64,000 bases of DNA. It comes from Octopus bimaculoides (lineage: Eukaryota). Positions 63,072-64,000 of this stretch are shown here, one piece after another (position 1 is the stretch's first letter; the number at the start of each line of letters is the position of its first letter). A model generated the notes under the pieces. That model was not told the DNA's origin, did no database searches, and worked only from the letters and a program-made list of their open reading frames with translations. The stretch is taken from contig NC_068989.1 of assembly GCF_001194135.2 (NCBI RefSeq), forward strand, positions 14,949,403 through 15,013,402, written 5' to 3'. A program made the position numbers and the translations under genes.

Positions 63072-63616
63072 GCTGAAGAATGCATGCAAATAAGCAGGCT
63101 AGTTAAATGGACAATTTTTCAGTATTGTTCGGTTACAAGAAGCATACTGGAAATGCTGGTTAAAAACTAAACTATGTACAGCATAATGAGCTCTGGATTG
63201 CTCACAGCTATTCGCTAACTAATGCTAACTCATTCAGAATTATGTGCTAATGTTTGATGGTCATATTTGAAGTTGTCTCCCTCTCTAACTGATCAGATGC
63301 AATTCAAGAAAAATTATCCATAAAAATATTTCGTTTTAGTATTTGGTTGACAAGATTCTTGGTGTGAATTCATGTGTTGAAAAATTGTATCTCTGGAGGG
63401 TCATTATGCCAATATAATAAACACATGCACTGGTTCTATTTCACTTCTTTGTTTGTCAGTTGGTTAACCAATTAACTAGTCCATAGTCTGATTAATCATT
63501 CAGTTGATTAATCAATCAGGCTTGTCAAAGTCCTTTTATCACCATTTGTGACCTCGTCAATGACAAAAACCCTCTCTACTCCAAGTCTGCTTCAGAGGGC
63601 ACATCACTGATTAATC

Positions 63617-63908
63617 ATCATCATCATTGTTTAATGTCCGCTTTCCATGCTAGCATGGGTTGGACAATTTGACTGAGGACTGGCAAGCCAGAAGGCTGCA
63701 CCAGGCTCCAATCTGATTTGGCAGAGTTTCTACAGCTGGATGCCCTTCCTAACGCCAACCACTCTAAGAGTGTAGTGGGTGCTTTTACGTGCCACCGGCA
63801 CGAGGGCCAGTCACATGGTACTGGCAATGGCCACGCTCAAAAAGGTGTTTTTTTACATGCCACCTGCATGGGAGCCAGTCCAGCGGCACTGGCAACGACC
63901 TCGCTTGC
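63617..63908 (-). mobile_element. RTE 3' UTR fragment (family D)
   Basis: High identity to 62808-63071. Confidence 0.9.
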
Positions 63909-64000
63909 AAATAATCAATCAGTTAATTGGTTGACCAATAAAGAAATGAAATGGAACCAGTGCATGTGTTTATCATTGGCATAATGACTGTCTCAAGACA

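Overview
Eukaryotic, AT-rich, repeat-saturated draft-assembly DNA with five N gaps. The SINE/LINE and microsatellite content looks octopus-like (inference). The only recognisable host gene is the 3' end of a minus-strand RANBP3 homologue: four phase-consistent exons (58587-58723, 56735-56880, 56493-56590, 51869-51927) encoding the end of the Ran-binding domain plus an acidic tail; earlier exons lie beyond the window. The rest is tRNA-derived SINEs of several families, decayed L1/Tx1, R4/Dong and RTE LINE fragments, hAT, piggyBac, Tc1/mariner and Merlin-like MITEs, and simple repeats. Nearly all ORFs in the supplied track are microsatellite, repeat or N-gap artefacts. Most notable: (i) a palindromic MITE family with a head-to-head TTAGGG/CCCTAA core and 8-bp TSDs, sharing termini with a second GGTAA-ended MITE; (ii) a Penelope-type minimal hammerhead ribozyme inside an R4/Dong LINE; (iii) mix-and-match SINE heads and tails; (iv) sharp CpG-rich/CpG-poor domains; (v) a 42-bp tandem array born from an RTE ORF2 C-terminus. 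All coordinates and alignments were made by eye.
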